Shown here one piece after another: positions 24,488 to 36,952 of a stretch of 43,747 nucleotides of DNA. Every line of letters begins with the position of its first letter. Within the stretch, counting starts at the first letter, position 1. Location: positions 1 to 43,747 of the forward strand of contig CAJNYD010000038.1 of the NCBI GenBank assembly GCA_905331295.1, written 5' to 3'. A model generated the notes under the pieces. It saw only the letters and a list, made by a program, of their open reading frames with translations, ran no database searches and was not told where the DNA came from. Origin of the DNA: Rotaria socialis. Taxonomy: Eukaryota. A program made the position numbers and the translations under genes.

Positions 24488-26508
24488 GAACGTGTCATTT
24501 TCGTCAAATGCCAATGCCAATAAGGTGTGAAATTAAAAATTTCATAAGCATATATCTCAAATTGATTATTGAAATAGATTGAAACAGTACTTGAATCTTT
24601 GCGTCTTGACGATGATTCTTTACGACAAATTATGCAATTACTTGAGCAAGAAATGGATGCTGGTCTCTCTCCAGCTACACATGCCAAGGCTGATGTAAAA
24701 ATGTTTCCAACTTATGTTCGAAATATAGCCAACGGATCAGAAACTGGTCAAGTACTTGCATTGGATTTAGGTGGCACTAATTTTCGTGTTCTACTTGTTG
24801 ATTTATTACCTGAAGGAAAAGTTGAATTAACATCGAAAATATTCGTTATACCACAATCAATTATGCTTGGCGAAGGAGTGAATGTAAATGAGAAAAAAAA
24901 AGAAAAATTGTTTTTAATTTTCGAGAAAATTTTCATTCGATTATTTTAGTTATTTCGTCATCTTGCTGATTGTCTTGTTGATTTTATGAAACAAGAAAAA
25001 CTGATTCAACCCGGTGTTCATTATCCATTAGGCTTTACCTTTTCATTTCCTTGCTATCAAGAAGGTCTTGCATCAGCACGATTAACATCATGGACAAAAG
25101 GCTTTACATGCGCAGGTGTTGTCAAGGAGGATGTTGTTAAAATGCTACAAAAAGCTATCGATGAAAAGGTATTTTAGTTTGAAAACAAAAAGGAACGATT
25201 TTCATTTCTTATTTCGTTCTCAAACTCTAGAATATTAATGTACAATGTGTCGCACTTGTTAATGATACTGTTGGCACATTAATGGCATGTGCCCATAAAA
25301 AGCCTCACACATCGATTGGTCTTATATTAGGTACAGGTACAAATGCATGCTATATGGAAACTCTAGATCGAATTGGTACATGGAATGGCGACTATGAGGA
25401 GCCAAAACAAGTGATTATTAATATGGAATGGGGTGCATTTGGTAACAATAAGCGTTTAAATCACGTTCGAACAAGATACGACGAAGAAGTTGATTTGTCA
25501 TCCGTCAATCCAGGGAAACAAATGTATGAAGAAAAGAGTTTTCTGATGACAAAATCAAATCCGATCGTTTTCTTTTTCTAGTTTTGAAAAGATGATCAGC
25601 GGAATGTATATGGGTGAAATCGTTCGTTTAATCATACTTGATTTAATGCAACAGGATTTATTATTTATTGGTCAATGTGATAATTACGGAGATTACAAAA
25701 CACCGTTGTTTACACGCGGCGGTTTTTATACGAAATTTGTTAGCACTGTTGAAACCGACGAAGGTATTGCATTTTCAAACACGAGACGCGTTCTTCAAGA
25801 TATTGGAATTAGAAATCCAACGTTTGATGATTGTGCAATTGTACAACATATCTGCAAAAATGTTTCCAAACGAGCAGCGCGATTAGCCGGTGCAGGTAAC
25901 ATATATTATTATATTCATGATACTTTTAGAATTAAGCAATTATTTTCGTATCCTTCTTTTTGTTTTTGTGTTTATTCAGGTGTTGCTGTGCTCATTAATA
26001 GAATCAATAAGCCACATATAACTGTTGGCGTTGACGGTTCACTTTATCGTTATCACCCAAGATTTGAAAGAAACATGCAGAAATGTATAAAAAACTTAGT
26101 CAATAAAAACATAAAAGTCTGTAGTAAAATTCTATTGAACAAGAACAAAACACTAAAGCCCAAGTATCATGTTAATACATTTTAGTTTGAAATGTCATTG
26201 TCCAATGACGGTTCGGGTGTTGGTGCTGCATTGACTGTAGCAGCCGAAGTATTGTCATGTCAAAACGATAAAAATCATCTGACAATCAAAAACCGAAACA
26301 ACGTCGACGATCACACGTGTAAGATGACGAATAGAAAAGAGAATTTGAAAAACTCGCGGACAAACCAATAAATTGCTTTATTTGGAATTCAAGATCTATG
26401 CTGCCTTCTTGCTTAACCTTTGTTGAAATCTATTAAGTTCACATGCCTATCTGTATTTTGTTTCATTTTGTATATTTAGCTCAAAATCGAATTAACCTTA
26501 TCCAATGA
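22551..26508 (+). CDS. HK: Hexokinase (single-domain, about 50 kDa type) with an N-terminal hydrophobic segment
   Basis: Motifs VKMFPTYV, LALDLGGTNFRV, LGFTFSFPC, WTKGF, VNDTVGTL, ILGTGTNACYME, INMEWGAFG, FEKMISGMYMGE, VGVDGSLY, DGSGVGAAL. Exon 1 is 22551-22727, followed by a 1.85-kb intron. The 3' end is either 26508 (splice 26319-26479) or 26371 (unspliced). Confidence 0.95.
24453..24487. repeat. (CT)n microsatellite in hexokinase intron 1
   Basis: Direct reading of the dinucleotide run. Confidence 0.9.
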
Positions 26509-28574
26509 TCGCAAAAGCAAAAGGAGTACCGTTAGTTGCAATAGCATAAAGCTATTTTATACCAACACAAAAAACAGCAATCACACATTTACATCAATGT
26601 CCTACTTGGATGATCATAATGATAAAGTGAATCTTTTATACACAATTTCAAAAAAAACAACGACATTTATCTTAGTAGAGTAGGCATGCATATTGCGTAA
26701 GAGTCACTAATATTTTAGTTAGAATGTTATTTTAATCATGCTGTTTATACTTTAATGTTTTCTTTCTTTTTTTTTGTATAAAAAACCGATTTTCTATATG
26801 CTCAATATTTATAGTGTTTTGGAAAGAACATGTGCGACTTTTTTCCTGTTGTCTGTTTTGTAGAAGAACTTCTTTTCTTGTTTTTTTTTCTAATTTAAAT
26901 TAGTCGATTGTTAATTTTTTTTAAATTTATGCTGTAAATGTAGATCATTCGTTGAAATCTTGTGTTTTGCTATTCAATGGGTATGTTAATTCAATAAGGA
27001 AGATTGGATCCTGAAATATTTAAATGTTTTCTTTATATTAACAATATTCTTGACAGCGAGAGATTTTCATTCTGACATTCGAACTCTCTGTTAGTAGTGA
27101 TTGTATGCAATAGCACAAAGAGCATGACATACCGCATGTCACTTGCGAACTCGTGCATTTTAGACGCTCAAGAGATTGATCACATTCACATTAAGTAAAT
27201 AATCTCGCTATCGAACTAATTATTTATGGTAGGAAAAGTGAGCTGCGCTTATTGTGCGTACGCATCGACCTATTCGAATTTCGCGTCGTTTACAATTAGA
27301 GCAGCATCTTTGTTTTTTTCGTCATGGTTGAATAGAGCCCGATCAGCTTAATAATAAATTTTTGTTTTCTCGTATGTCATGTACTGGCAAAGTAATGTTG
27401 CAAACATTCAAATCGAACATTTTCTTCTCGAGTTTCCGTACTACAACACACTGTTGTGTTTTATGTTTCAGTTTGCCATCATCTTGGATTTCACCACCAC
27501 GTTATACTTAATTTTAATTCGCTAGCAATGACTCATTTTGTGAGTATCCTACGCGTTGACAAGAAGGATATTTTTGTAGTTTGAAGAAAAGAGAAATATT
27601 TAAATGTTTTCTTTTCATTTCCATTGTAAACATAAATATTGGTAAAACTATTTGATACATAGAAACGAGTCACGTTACTGTAACGATGAATCATCTGCAG
27701 TTTATGACTGACTTTTTGATTGAGTTTTACTTCTTTTAGTTTATCTATCGAAAGTACATATCGTATAAGCATATTCAAGTAAACCTTCTCTTCAGAACTC
27801 TACATTCCATGCAACGGAACAATTTGTTAAAATCTTCTTGTTTACTACGAAAGCGACTTTTATCGTTTCTGATACTTGAATCCTGTAAGACGTTTTCTTT
27901 TAATTTCCGTATAAATAAATCGATAGATAGACAGAATCATCTTAACTATTTTCACATAAAACTACGAGCATGATCAAGTAGGTTTCATTTGACCAACTAG
28001 TACGAATGCATAATTTTATGCTGTTAGTCATCAATAGTCATTATAATGTGTCATCATTGCCTATGATACCATATTTTGACTCATTCTGAGTTATATTTCG
28101 AAGAATGACTATTGCAGTGGTTTGTTTCTTCTTCTTCTTCTTCTTCTACTCCTTCTTCGTGTGCGATTATTTCTTGTATGATGTGGCATTTATTGAAGGA
28201 AAGGTTTCTTTTTCCCTTATTCTCTACGTCGACAACAACACAGCCCACGCCATCCACATTTCTTATTAAAGACGAGAATTTCTTTAAAGAGAAACAAGCG
28301 AAGAGAAAAAAACAACGAGTATTTTTTCTCATTGTGACATTCACAGCAAGTTACTGTTAACTCAAAATTATGTTCGATGCCGACAAAAATACACACCGTC
28401 TGTGTAAACTGCGGGAAAACAATGAGAATAAAAGCATGTAGATTTATGGAAATTGGTTTTTATTGATTTCTTTCTTTCTATTAGAATATACGAAAATAGA
28501 TGCTAAGATTTTGATATTCAGTATATGTTCAATTTTGTTTTAGATTTATTTCAATAAACTAATTTCTTTTATTC

Positions 28575-30458
28575 ATGGCTGAGCAATGCCTATCTAATGC
28601 TACTGAGACTCCGTCCATTTCCCATCCGATGAAACAGCCAACTTCGATAGAAGCTCGTCATGTAAATACTCTCATTCGTCGTTCTCTATCCAATAAACTA
28701 AACATTCTTTCTCTAACTCCATCAACTACAATGACGACTGCTTCGACACCATCGACAGGTTCACTGGCGATGACTTGTATTGAATTAGGTTGTGTCGTTC
28801 GATCGATTCATCGTCCTCAATCTATAACGAATGCAACGGAAACGATCACGACGACTCCTTCTACTGACGAGGATCACGTATTTATGCATGATGTTAAACG
28901 ACTCGAAGTATTGACAGATGCCAACAACTGTGCCTTAACTTTTGATAGTGACAACGACGACAATGATGACGATGATGATGATGATTCTTTTGACGATGAA
29001 GAAGAAGCTATTGTAGCTGACTCTCTTAATTCTTCATTGTCTTCAACTATGTTGAATTACGTTCCTATGCCATGTCCCATTTGCCTCGAGCAAGCATCAT
29101 TACAAACAGCTCCATGTTGTACATTTTATTGTTGTTCTTCTTGTTGGCGTTCTCACATTTCAGCTTCATTAAATGATGGTCGCATTAAAATGTTATGTCC
29201 ATCGAATGAATGCAACAAATATTTGACGAGAGATTCTATTGTAAATTTTCTTCGTTATGATCCAATATTATATGAACGTTATCATAAATTATATGATAAT
29301 GCAAATCAAAATCCTCGTGCTAAAACATGTAAGTTAAATATTTGATGTTCTAGTCAAATAAATTCCTTTCTATGATTGATTTCATTAGGTCCACGTTGTT
29401 CACATCTTTATTCACTCGATACAATAACACCTGTTAAACTAAAAAAACATAAGAAAATTCCCAAACAAGTTCAATGTTCCGAATGTTCGCTTGTGTGGTG
29501 TTTTCGTTGTTCGGCACCATGGCATGATAGTTTAACATGTAAACAATTTATGAAAGGCGATAAACTTTTATTAAAATGGATTAAACAAAAATCTGAAGAA
29601 CAACGAAATGCAAGAAAATGTCCAAAATGTTCTTCATTTATACAACGCGCTGGAGGTAAAAAATTGAATATTTTCATTTTTATATAGAACATCTTTTTGT
29701 TTTGTAAATTAGGTTGTCCTCATATGACATGTTCATCGTGTTCTTGTGAATTCTGTTATTTATGTGGTCGACGTTATGTTAAAATTCCAATTATTGGCCA
29801 ACATAGTAATAAGCTCAGGTTCGTTGATCTTTGTCTTCTGAAATTAAACTAAAGAAATTTAATTTTAACTAGTATGTTTGGATGTCCATATAATCTTCAT
29901 CCGGACAGACCCTGGCTACGTCGAACCATTCGTGGTATGGTTGCTACGGGTGTTATTGTTGCATCACCTATTATTGTTGCTGGTGCTGTAACTGCAGCTG
30001 CTGTTGTTTTACCACCAGTTGGCATTTATAAACTTGTTAAACGTATACGTGCTCGACGTTCGACAGATATTTTAATGCGATCTTTTCGTGACGAACAAAA
30101 TTTGTTAAATGGTATTCATATTCAGCAATTGCAAAATCCTCTACTGGAATTCGATTACAACGATGAACACATTAGTGCTGCTGCAAGATTAGCTATCTTA
30201 CGAGAACATTATGAAATAAGATCTTTTGCACAAAGAAACGAAGAAACTATCAATGAAACATTTCCATTAGCAATATTTGCCGATATGGATGTTGAAAATT
30301 TAACTTCCGATGATGATAAAATCCCACCAGGCTTTCAAACGTGCCCAACGACACCCTTGCTTGACAAACGAAAAGTTCGTAGTCGAAGTTTAAGCAATTC
30401 AGAACCTATAATTCATCCAAATATTAATCGTTATCATTCAGTCTCGTTAGAACATTAA
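28575..30458 (+). CDS. RNF217: RBR-type E3 ubiquitin ligase, RNF217-like (RING1-IBR-RING2-TM)
   Basis: RING1 CPIC..CC..CCSSCW..CPSNEC; IBR CPRC..QCSECSLVWCFRCSAPWH..C; RING2 CPKC..IQRAGGCPHMTCSSC..EFCYLCG. These are followed by GQHSNKLSMFGCPY..PDRPWLRRTIRG and a hydrophobic TM, as in RNF217. Confidence 0.9.
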
Positions 30459-31134
30459 TTTATTTTTCGTTTCATAAAAAGAAAGAACGTGTGTTAAATA
30501 TTTGCTTAGCATGATGACATTAAAGTGCATGTGCAGTACTACTGAACATGTCGTGTCTTTTTTTCTTGTCGAAGAAAAATGATTGCTGATGCTATTCGTA
30601 CTGGACATTCATAGAATCTCTAGTCCGGTGTTTTTTGCCGATTTTAATTGCTTATAATACCTTGCTTTGTTTTGCGTATACTTTCTCAATGTAATTACGT
30701 AGTTTCATGAAAATAAAAGTTTTGCATTATTTTTTACTGGAGTCTTCACTGTTCTGACGATGTTGCTGTTGTTACAGTTAAAAAAAATTAATTCTATCAA
30801 TAAACATCGTTTGATAAAGAAACGAGAAAATAGCTGAATTGGTTGGCTGAGAATAAATAAAAAAAGATCTCAAGAACATTATGCCCTATTGATTTATAAC
30901 GATCGAGGAAACAAAAATCTAAGCTGTGATAGAAGGACTATTTGTCTATTGGACTGGATATGTCTTGACGAGTATGCACATACTATGTTTATGATTCCAT
31001 ATGTGGTTTAATATAAACAACAGAACGTGTACTCGAGGAAAATAAACGTATATTAAATTGTATCCGATCTAGTTTATTCTTAATAAAAGTAGATTGTAAA
31101 ATATGAAACTTAAAAAAATATAAAACAGCCATTA

Positions 31135-33193
31135 TTATTCATCATTAACATTCTCGAAAATAGAATCACAGAGTTGTTGATAGATTTTGACTTTTTTGTT
31201 CAAAGTATTCTTTGGAACTTTAGTCTAAAGTAGAAAAAATTAAAAATTAAAAAATCATAATATTTTTTTCTTACATTTTTATCTTCGATTGAAATTTCAC
31301 TAATATATTGCTTTTCACTATGCCGACGAAATTCGTCATCATCACCCGTTCTGCTCCATGGTGTTACTGCAAAGCGAATTTCATGAAGATGGTAAACTGC
31401 TTTAAATTCTTCATGTTGTTTCTTAGCGAATATTGTTGTTATTTGTGTTGCATCTTAAAAAAAGAAAAAATTTATATTAACTACTGAACATTTATTAACT
31501 TACGATTATTATCTTGTGGTGATGAAAAAACTCGCAAGGGTTGTTCACTTTTCATTAATTCATTATTCTTTTTCATAACGACGACAAATTGAAGTCTAAA
31601 AATGTGAGAAAAAATGTATATTTATTAGATAATATGAATATATATTAATTACTTTAATAGTCGGAATAGTTCGGAATAGTGTTCTAATTTGAGTTGACTA
31701 TTAAGATAGATGTATATCGGATTGACAAGTAGGCTTGCGCGATCTGTTGGATGTATTCGGAAGTTGAAGTACGGATTAATATAAGTATAGTTATTGATTT
31801 CTGGTGTAACTATACAAATTTCAAGACGATGCCGACGAATATCACCTGAGAAATGGGAATTCGGCAACTAGAGAAGAAGAAAAACAAAAGTGTAGCAATT
31901 ATCTAGTTTAACTATTGGCATGTAATAATAACAAACCAATAAGTTCAAATAATTATTGTTGTTTCTATCAGGAAAGTAACGTGGTGGTCCAAGTTTTAAT
32001 GGTTCTCCATTGCGGTCCTCCGTTCTTTTTGGTTCGAATTCGCTCAATGTACGACCACGAAATTCTAAAGCAAGTTCGATCTCAAATCGCATATTTTCCT
32101 GTTCAACTTCAACACTTGATAATTTTTGGCGACCATTAGATGAATCTTAAAAGGAGCTTAATTAAGCAATGACAACTTTTCATGCATTCATACTTTTGAC
32201 GTGTGAAACTTCTTCAGTAGATTCCGGTGCATCTAGAAGAAGAATGATTAATAGGAAAAGGAAAATACTCAATTTACTCGATGTCGACATTTCAAAAGTA
32301 TCGCATGTAGAAATTTTTTTTCGTTTATTCGAATCTATAAAAGATATTGTAGCAAATAACACGATTCGAAATATAATTGCAACGTACTATTAACTTCATT
32401 AGACACTAATGTTGACGGGCGTTTAATAGTAAATCCTTTTTTTGGCTCATCGTATGAAGTTGTACTGGCAGCAAAAGTAGCCAAATGTTCTATTTTACTT
32501 TCAGATGAAACTAAAATTAAAAAAAACAATAAATCAAACAAGTAACAATTGAGATGATTTTTTTACCCAGTGACTCATCGTCAGGTTGATGATCAACATC
32601 GCCTAGAAATATTACAAAACGAGTATTTTCTTTACGTTCAATATGTATTTCTTTTTTTTACAAGCAAGCGTTTCTTGAACAAATTTAGTAGCTAGTTGAT
32701 AAATGTGTTGATCATCAGGTTTAAAAATTGTCATCTTTTCCATTGGGTTTTCTTTATTAATTGCATATAGGGAATCATAACGTTCATCATCTTCATCATA
32801 ATAAAGATAAATACATTCTTTGAAGGGTACTACAGGTGCATCATAAAGCGAAACATGTATATCATCTTCTCCGAATAAATTGTTTTTCATTGAAATAACA
32901 TGAATTAAGAATTGACATACCATAGCCAACGCTTTAATTTGTATTTCATCTTCTGGCAATTTTCCTGTCATGATCTGATTACAATAAGTATCAATAGATT
33001 TACAATTTGTGCCCCTTTGTATGACTAAGCTCTTTAGATTCTCATTTTTACGAATATAGTCAGCCACGAGCGAACGTAATTTTTTGTTATCCATGCTCTC
33101 CAGAGTTCCATTTGCAAAACGTATTGACGTATACAAAGATGCATCATCATTACTTTTGCTACGGTGGAATGTGTATATTTCTGCGGATTTCAT
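31135..33193 (-). CDS. Multi-exon protein: inactive YOD1/OTU1-like OTU domain, linker, divergent Rel-homology-like domain (paralogue B)
   Basis: ATG at 33193. OTU-like motifs: DDASLYTSI, KSIDTYCNQI, QIKALAMVCQFLIHVI, ERYDSL, TIFKPDDQHIYQLATKFVQE. C-terminal exons: FRGRTLSEFEP, RLEICIVTPE..YINPY, LQFVVVMKKNNEL, YHLHEIRFAVT, QYISEIS. Intron positions in the C-terminal domain match paralogue A. Stop at 31137-31135. Confidence 0.8.
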
Positions 33194-33566
33194 GCCCCAC
33201 AATATCAATCAAGGATGTGTCGCTCACTGTAAAAAAAAGATTTAAATGAAAGGTAATATTCGACTTCCTAGTTTCTTCTAGTTTTCAAAGCAAAAGTCAA
33301 CAATGGTGTGCGAGTCGCAGGAAAGAGAAAAAAAAATTTGTCAAGCGACTGAGGCGACAACAGTCAACGTTTTCTATTTGCTCCTTGCTACGATTATGCT
33401 TGTTGACTAAGTCAGCTGTTACTACTCAAAAATATGAAAACTAAAACACAGAAAAAACAATTTTACATAGATTTCTTACCGAAATAAAAAATATGCGAGG
33501 ATCACTATAATTGAGAAAGAGAATCGCAATGAATAATAGCTATAGTTCTTGTAACATAATATTTTG

Positions 33567-33584
33567 AGTTGGACATTTCCAACT
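33567..33584 (-). promoter_or_regulatory. kB/NFAT-like near-palindrome upstream of OTU-RHD-like gene B
   Basis: Minus strand reads AGTTGGAAATGTCCAACT, an 18-bp palindrome with one mismatched pair. It shares TTGGAAAT(T/G)TCCA with the site upstream of paralogue A. Confidence 0.5.
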
Positions 33585-33917
33585 AGAGTCGACCGTTTCG
33601 AATAGTAGAGTGATCAAAGAAAAAATTTCTTATTGAATAATCATAAAATAATACGATAAGAAATCCTCATTTAAATTCTTCATTTTGTTGCAATATTTCG
33701 TACCACCAATACCATGATCAAAGTTGTATTTACCTATCTATGAATCATTCAGCATCATTTTCCAGTGTCAAATAATTCAGAAGATCTGAGTTATGAATCA
33801 TATGATGATAATATCTTTTGTGCAAAGTACGCACACACACACACACACAATCTTTCTTTTTTGATTTATCTGAGTATCGGATTCTTCCGACGTATAAACT
33901 ATACGAAAGAGCGAAGA

Positions 33918-34130
33918 ATGCTTACTTTCGTAAGTGATAGAGAACCAAGTCTTGTTTTTCTTATCACCAATTTAAAACAAAGCCTTGCTCCAAATCCTTC
34001 TCTTGATAAATCTATACAAGACGCACAATGTCGGTCAAAACCAGCTTGTGTTGCAGCATGCACTGCTGCACAAGTGGCATGTATGAACGCCTGTGTCACA
34101 GCGTTCACAGCTGGTAGTGGACCGATTTAA
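33918..34130 (+). CDS. Possible small Cys/Ala-rich peptide; 5' structure unresolved
   Basis: C-terminal CRSKPACVAACTAAQVACMNACVTAFTAGSGPI* has regular CxxxC-x6-CxxxC spacing. A donor-like GTAAGT follows MLTF, and AATAAA lies downstream (about 34287). Confidence 0.4.
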   Translation: MLTFVSDREPSLVFLITNLKQSLAPNPSLDKSIQDAQCRSKPACVAACTAAQVACMNACVTAFTAGSGPI

Positions 34131-34387
34131 ACAGCACAACAAAGTTCACTCGTATGAGAGCAAGAGTTTTGAAAACATAATTACTCTAATTTGTTCTGAA
34201 CAATACTACATCTTCTTTTTTTATCGCAAAGTTGTTTCTCTGTTTTATTCTGTATGAAAAACAGTAATTGTGTGATTTTTCATCAAAATAAATAAGCAAT
34301 AGTTATCTAGTATATGAAGGGGGAATCCTCTTGAAACACTCGATTTTTATTGAAAAACTGGAAGTTGGATTTTTATCGTAGGAAGAT

Positions 34388-35183
34388 TCCAGGTCGAGCA
34401 ATCCTATATTCAGATCCTGTCGTAGGTTGGATCCAGGGATATCCGACAGTCAATCCGGTATTCGGAAAACGTCGGATATCGTTTGATTCCCCCTCCTTCT
34501 CCTCAAACACATGCTTCCTTGATCACTTGCAATGAACTCCAAAATTAAATAGTTCATTTTAGTTTATGATAAGTTTTATTAAACAAAAATTAAAATTAGA
34601 TACAAAAAATAATTTACGAAAAATTGGAATAAAATTACAAAAAAATATCAACTTCATATTAATAAGAAATTCAATAATTAGTTTCTACTCATTGTTGATA
34701 AACTCATGCCCTAATACAATCTAAAATAAAATAGAATAAAGTGAGCAAAAAATAATGAAATGATATTAAAATATAACAATTGAAATAAGTAAAATTGAAT
34801 AAAAAACTGAATTCCAAAAAAAATTACAGTGAACTGAAAATAAAATAAAATAAAGAATAAAAGTTAGAAATTACTTTCGACTCACTTTTTGTGAGCATCA
34901 TGCCATACTAAATCGAAAATACCCAATTTGATTTTAATGACATCCGTAGAGTGATTGGTGAAATTTACATACACTAATACTAGTATAGGCGCGGGCGCTG
35001 TGAGTAAAGTGAACAGGAGTCAATGAAATGAATAAACTGCAAAAAATTTAACTACAATTAAATTAAAAAAGTAACATAATGTAATATATAATATAAAATT
35101 AAAAATTAAATAGCGAGCCCTCAAATTCAACGGGTGAGATAAAGTATCTATAGATACGTTAAAAGCATCTGATTCGACCTGGG
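34388..35183. mobile_element. MITE-like non-autonomous element with terminal inverted repeats
   Basis: Left end TCCAGGTCGA and right end TCGACCTGGG (9/10 inverted match). Subterminal GATCC/ATCCG repeats, very A-rich non-coding interior. No clear TSD. Confidence 0.55.
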
Positions 35184-36547
35184 CTTGTATGAGGTGGTCT
35201 TGGAAACAAGAAAGAAGAAAAAGATTAGGTAAGTGTAGGAGAAATTAGTCAGTACAAGGAAGCAATATTTCTATTAATATGCAGTTATTCCTTGCATCAT
35301 CATATTACGCTCTAATCCGAGAAGAAGTACATAGAACATAATGGACTATTTAAGCAGACGTTAAAAGTGCGTCAATTGTTAAACTTCACTGGAAACATTT
35401 CCTCTACTTTTCTTTTTCCTCGAAAAGTAAGTATTGTGTGGAACGTGTGGATATTAATGATAATACCATCTTAATTTCATATCCGCACATCTAACTACAT
35501 GCATTTACCTTCTGTAGACTATGAAGAAAGAGAGGACAGTTGAAAACACATAAAAAACTCGCTTTAATGCACTTTGATCGCTTTAAACTCAGGCGAATTG
35601 TCTAGTCAATGTCTTTCTAACAGAGTTTTAAAAAAAAGTACTGTCTCGACGGCTCTCTTTCTTGATTGACGACTTTTTGGGTTCAGTTCTGACACCTATC
35701 GTGTTACTTAAGTTTTTGTGGATAACTAAGCGTGGAATCTCTTCAAAACAAAATGTTAAACTCTGAGTAATATGGACTAGCAAAGAGATTTTCAAAATAC
35801 CGCGATCACTTTGCAGATGAAATATTCGATAAGAGATAAATGAAAATCGGTCCGACAAAGAAATAAAATTTGTCCACTGCTTTTGTGTATTTATATTTAT
35901 GTGAGTCATGATGTTTGGGGGAACCGCCAGAGGAAGAGCGGTGTTCACGTTTCCACTTTATATATACTTCAACATACACTTTTAATTGTCCTTCGTACAA
36001 CTACATGAAAATTTTTACAAAGTTATCTTTTAGCACGAATTATGTGGCATGCTAGGGATATTCATAACGAAATGACCTGCAACTTTGAACTCAATCAAGT
36101 ACGATGTTCATAAACAGTTTCCATGTTGAATATGGAAAAGTACTTAAAAGCGTAACCATGTATGAATAAAAAAATAGCATTATAAGAAAAAATTCTATTC
36201 AAATAAAAAACAATATATTTGTAGTCTGCTCGATACGCTCTGTCAAAGCATAGGCGACTAACTGAAAATTTGCATTTTCTATATAATATTTTTTATTCTT
36301 TTATTATTTTGTGGAACTCACATATACTTTCGAAGAAAAGGGTGTGGGTGTGTCAGCATAAAAAAGACCCACATTCGTGATATCGAAATGCTTTTGCTTT
36401 TTCTTCCGGTTTGATGTCATCTTGAATGTTTCTATGAATATCAACTTTTTTCTGAATCTCCTGAGAAATTCCACTCATTTTTAATTTGTAGATAGAGATA
36501 AAGAAAATAATTTGTTTGAATCAATACTGTAACGATAAATAAGACTC

Positions 36548-36896
36548 TGTTGAGTTTATATCGTATTGACAAACTGGATAGAGGTGGAGTAGCTTACAGC
36601 CACTCACGGCAATGATGTTTATTCGTTTATTCACATATCCAGAGTGTAACAACTTCATACATAACACACGTATATATAGGAGAGAGAGATAGAAGAGAGA
36701 CAGGAGAGAGATATATTATAATAATGGAAAGAGAATAGAAGGAAGAGGAAGGAGAATCATCGAAGCGTGCCATCAATATCGGCACAAATACAACGTTAGA
36801 TAGAGCTACTTGTGTTTTAATCCTTTTAATAGCAATACTACTACTATGAGGATGGAACTGTACTCAAGAATACCGATTCATCCATTGCGTATAACG
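36548..36896 (-). mobile_element. Possible degenerate solo LTR
   Basis: On the minus strand: CGTTATA start, CT-rich tract, TATATATA, two AATAAA, then a ...CTCAACA end. Same layout as the LTR at 37146. No TSD found. Confidence 0.4.
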
Positions 36897-36952
36897 AATG
36901 AAAAATAAGAGGGGTATAGGTATAAAGCCATATATATATATATATATATTAG

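Noticed and set aside
16235..25979. Several stop-free introns with lengths divisible by 3 (16235-16285, 16429-16479, 20585-20638, 21619-21672, 25896-25979) that the ORF track reads through
   Set aside because: They have normal GT..AG ends and interrupt conserved domains. About five among several dozen short introns is roughly what chance predicts.
35391..35402. GGAAACATTTCC, another kB-like palindrome
   Set aside because: Spacing differs from the two promoter sites and no supported gene start is adjacent.
35628..36000. Two overlapping minus-strand ORFs (106 and 64 aa)
   Set aside because: Non-ATG starts, no motifs, and located between repeat remnants.
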